Position numbers and translations under genes: made by a program. The notes beneath the pieces were generated by a model. It did not search any database and was not told where the DNA came from. It was given only the letters and a program-made list of their open reading frames with translations. Shown one piece after another: positions 60,848-64,000 of a DNA stretch of 64,000 nt. Each line of letters begins with the position of its first letter. The stretch's first letter is position 1. The stretch is from a virus (Duplodnaviria > Caudoviricetes): IMG/VR virus record IMGVR_UViG_3300028805_000096, positions 13,337 to 77,336 of that record; one strand, given 5' to 3'.

Positions 60848-61850
60848 TTACGAATTGGGTAATATTTAAAGCCTTTGTATTGTGTTTGTTTCCTATCATT
60901 TCTAGTACTTTGTCCGTATTCTCTGAAGCAAGGATTGCTATATTTGCTACATTTGGTAGGTCATCTTTTGGATAGAGGTTTGTTGCCTTTCCGATTGACT
61001 CTGCCGTGTTCCTTATCTCCTTTGCTATGTTGATTTTGTCCTGTTTTGTGTTATCGTTTTTCTGGAATTCGTCCATTAGGATTCCTAGTGCATAGGTCAT
61101 TGCTGCCTGTGCGGTCTCCTTTGTGAAGTCTATTCCGTCCATCAGTTCCTGTCTCCTTTGGATCTTTATTACTTTCAGGTATTCTTTGACCTGTGGATTC
61201 ATTCTGTAGTGATACTGTCTAAGTTCCTTACTTCGTCAGACGTTTTCACTAGCTTTTGCTTCTGACATTCCGTTTAGGACATTCAGACATCGATAGTATT
61301 CTTGTTTGGATAGTCCCATGTCCTGTGCTATTTGTCTGTATTCTTCCCTATCGTTGAAGTATTGTTGTACTTCTTCCTGCTGTCTATTCAGGAATTCGAG
61401 AGCTACTTTTGCATTCCCTTTTTTCATAGATTGCATGAGTGCCAGTCTAGCTATTTTTTCCTGTTCAGCTTCAGCTTTTAGGATTTCATTTTTCACGAAC
61501 GTTGGTTTTTCTATTATCATTCCAGCGTCTGTTGTTTTGTCTGTGTATTTTAATCCCCTTTCAATGAAGTATTCAGCTCTAGTCTCTCATAGTCAGAGAG
61601 CTTTTACTGCTACCTTTCGGTTTACTCACTCTCTGATTTGTTGGACTAGCATCCTAACTTCGTTTTCTGGGATTGGATCGAATGGAGAGTTTACTCATTT
61701 GGTTGTTAGTTTATCCGTGGAATCCCGACTTTGTTTTCTTACGGACTCTTTGGCTCAGTTTTTTACATGATTCATTAGTGTAGATTTTGCTCTGGGATGT
61801 TTTCTATTTTCGTACAGCTTTCCATTCTTATCTCTTGGATAGTCTGTCAT
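60807..61850 (-). CDS. Putative terminase small subunit / DNA-packaging protein (347 aa)
   Basis: Track ORFs 60807-61202 and 61236-61520 plus upstream sequence form one frame with TGA=G; directly upstream of terL. Confidence 0.6.
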
Positions 61851-63190
61851 TAGTCTGTTTCGTTAATAAATGTGAAATCTATGTCTCTGTTCAGACATCT
61901 TATTCCATCCACCTTTCCCTCCGTTGCTGTTCTTCCTGTGTACTCTGCTCGTCTCTGTAGTACTGCTTGTACGTATCCAGGCGACATCTCGATTCCGTAG
62001 AAGTTTCTGTCCCATTTCTGACATGCTATCAGAGTTGAACCACTTCCTGTGAATGGATCTAGTACTGTGTCTCATATCAGACTTGAATTTAGCACCATTT
62101 TCTCGAGTAGCCATACAGGTTTCTGAGTTGGGTGGATATATAGTGCAGAGTTCTCTTTTTTCTCTGTCCATACTGTTGTTTTTCCGTGTTTCTCTGCCTC
62201 TCTGTTTGCGTCTATTATTCTTTTTAGCTTCTCTGGCGTGATTTTTTCCCGATCTATCTCTTCCACGTCCGCCTGGAAGATTGTATCTCCGTAGAATTTC
62301 TCTTCTCCTTTGATGGAATAGAAGCAAAGCTCATGTTTTCTCTTGTAACTTCCTCCTACGTGGTTGTAATGTGTCTTATTCCAGACTATTTGTGCCTTTA
62401 TATCTGTGAATTTACTTACTGTTGCCTTGAAACATTCTTCCCATTCCCGTCCGTGGAACGTGTACCAGCTGGCTGGTTTTGTTGTATGTTTGTCGATTAG
62501 CTCGTATGCGTCGTCCAAGAAGAACTGGAAGTTGTCATTTTTGAGGTTATCGTTTGCGATTCCATTGCTTGTTTTCTTTCCTCTTCCTTTATAGTTTACA
62601 TTATATGGGGGATCTGTTAGGAGTAGCTGTGCTTGTACGTCTCCGTAGTATTTATCTATTGTTGAATCTCCGCAGACTAGGATGTGCGTCATGTTTTTGT
62701 CCTTTAATTCGAAGATATCTCCGAATTGTACTGCGAGTTTCTCTCCGTCTACTGGAAGTATTGCGACATCTTCCTCTACAAGGTCTCTGTCTTCTTCCTC
62801 TAATTTGAGTTTGAAATCTTCATACAGTTTCTCCAGCGTGTATCTCTCCTCTCCTGTTGACTCCATAATCTCTTTACGGATAGCTTCTTTGTCATACTCT
62901 GCGAAGTCAGCCGTCTTATTTGCGAGATGTCTATACAGTTTTTTCTGACTTTCGTCCATGTCATCATATACGATTACGGGGATTTTGTCGAGTCACAGCA
63001 TTTTGGCTGCCTCTACTCTTCCGTGACCTGATAGGATGACCATATTTTCGTCGACTTCCACAGGATTTCTCATTCCCACCTTTTTGATGGAGTCTGCGAT
63101 TTTCCCCACGTCCTCTTCGTCGTGGATTTTGTTGTTGAGCTCGTATCCGATAAGCTCGTGTGGATCTAGGTATTGGATCTTATGTTCCAT
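61850..63190 (-). CDS. ParB-like N-terminal domain fused to an N6-adenine/N4-cytosine DNA methyltransferase (446 aa)
   Basis: NNKIH...ILSGHGRVEAA (ParBc), TDPPYNV, HPTQKPV, VLDPFTGSGSTLIAC. Confidence 0.88.
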
Positions 63191-63561
63191 TAGTTGGCGT
63201 TACAATATCTAAAATTGCTTTTATCTTCGTCTGTTTTATACAATAATGTTGTTGGTGCAGGATTATAATCTCCTCTTGGATATCAGTTTGATATTCCTCC
63301 GAGTGTGAACGTTGATGTTTCTGGTTCGTCTTTTTTCTCGTGTTCCAAAAATCAGTAGAGTTCCCATAGCTTTTCTACTGCGTTTTCGTATGCGATAGCT
63401 GCTCCTGTTCTCTGGTCGTAGTCTTTAGGATCTATACAGCTTGAAGTTCCGACTACTTCGAATCCGTTATCTAAAGTTAGTAGACATACTGTTGTCTTTT
63501 TTCCCATGTCGTGATATTCGTGTTTCACGATATGTCTTATAAGGTCTTTTTTAGTTAGCAT
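63190..63561 (-). CDS. Gp49/66-family phage protein
   Basis: TVCLLTLDNGFEVVGTSSCIDPKDYD...GAAIAYENAVEKLWELYG. Confidence 0.8.
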
Positions 63562-63847
63562 GACAATAAATTTAGAAAATAAAATATTCACTATGCATAT
63601 TGCGAACGGTATCCCGTCTTTCCCGCTAACAATATGCGATAGTGAGATAGCGTCGACGTAATTTCCCTTGCGGTACTTTCATGTCCCACTATCGGGTGTA
63701 TTATTTCTTAGATTCAGAATGTTTATACATTCAAGAGAATATTTTCTGACCGTCGGGTGTTACGCACCCTCTTACGAATAGTTGACGGAGACTATTAATT
63801 ACTTTGTATAGAGTTGTATCTAAATTTCAAGAGATTTTTATCTGCTC

Positions 63848-64000
63848 ATTACTTCAAGTAGCTTATTAAATCCTCAATAGGTGTATCTGATATTGATAGT
63901 AGCATTAGCAACCTATCCTCTCATCACAATTCTCAATAGTATCAGTCATCTAACTCTATTTGTAATCTGAATTCTTTAGTTTTTTGCACTCGGTCTATCT
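63848..64000 (-). repeat. Gene X copy 2 (3' end, runs off the window); direct repeat of 14305-14457
   Basis: 151/153 identical. The two mismatches are synonymous (GAA/GAG, TTG/TTA). Confidence 0.93.

Larger units (their letters stand above)
1..64000. other. Phage DNA using an Absconditabacteria-type recoded genetic code (TGA=Gly, CGA/CGG=Trp)
   Basis: Long ORFs only emerge if TGA is read through. TGA at Gly motif positions: toprim VE[TGA]EID, NinG QA[TGA]HY, peptidase Y[TGA]HAV, MTase [TGA]DTVLDPF. CGA/CGG at Trp motif positions: terminase FPA[CGA] 60599-60601, papain L[CGG]FVNS[CGA] 53338-53340, HNH CR[CGA]AT 19783-19785. Confidence 0.93.

Noticed and set aside
61863-62327. 154-aa basic ORF on the - strand
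   Set aside because: An alternative frame inside the methyltransferase gene.
1-64000. TGA as Trp (table 4), selenocysteine, or mass pseudogenisation
   Set aside because: TGA aligns with Gly in motifs and swaps with GGN between paralogs. Reading frames are otherwise intact.
1-64000. Reverse transcriptase, integrase, DNA polymerase, CRISPR array, rRNA, IS element
   Set aside because: I saw no supporting motifs or repeat-spacer periodicity when reading by eye. An HMM search under table 25 should confirm this.

Overview
All 64 kb is phage DNA read in a non-standard genetic code, so the supplied ORF track is fragmented or in the wrong frame almost everywhere. In-frame TGA sits at conserved Gly positions, and CGA/CGG sit at conserved Trp positions. 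Examples are terminase FPA[CGA], papain NS[CGA], HNH CR[CGA]AT, and CGA/TGG swaps between paralogous repeats. This matches the code reported for Absconditabacteria (SR1), the likely host. I re-translated the window by hand with TGA=G and CGA/CGG=W. Two phage gene sets are present. Phage A (about 1-14.3 kb) contributes the end of a + strand virion/lysis operon and a - strand accessory block. Phage B (about 14.3-63.85 kb) is an apparently complete ~49.5 kb podovirus-like genome with early genes, lambda-like replication/recombination genes, a tRNA-CAT and a full - strand late operon from terminase to holin. B is bracketed by two copies of the same gene, 49,543 bp apart, differing by two synonymous changes; this suggests a co-integrate or an assembly chimera. 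Main oddities: (1) two internal DGR-type variable regions with no RT or template repeat in the window; (2) a ~0.8 kb tract almost free of A on the + strand; (3) a conserved 10-12 aa M[PA]CG micropeptide in both late operons; (4) a likely -1 frameshift fusing a membrane anchor to a transglycosylase; (5) five copies of a palindromic operator; (6) papain-like peptidases but no canonical endolysin. Product calls come from motifs recognised by eye, not database searches.
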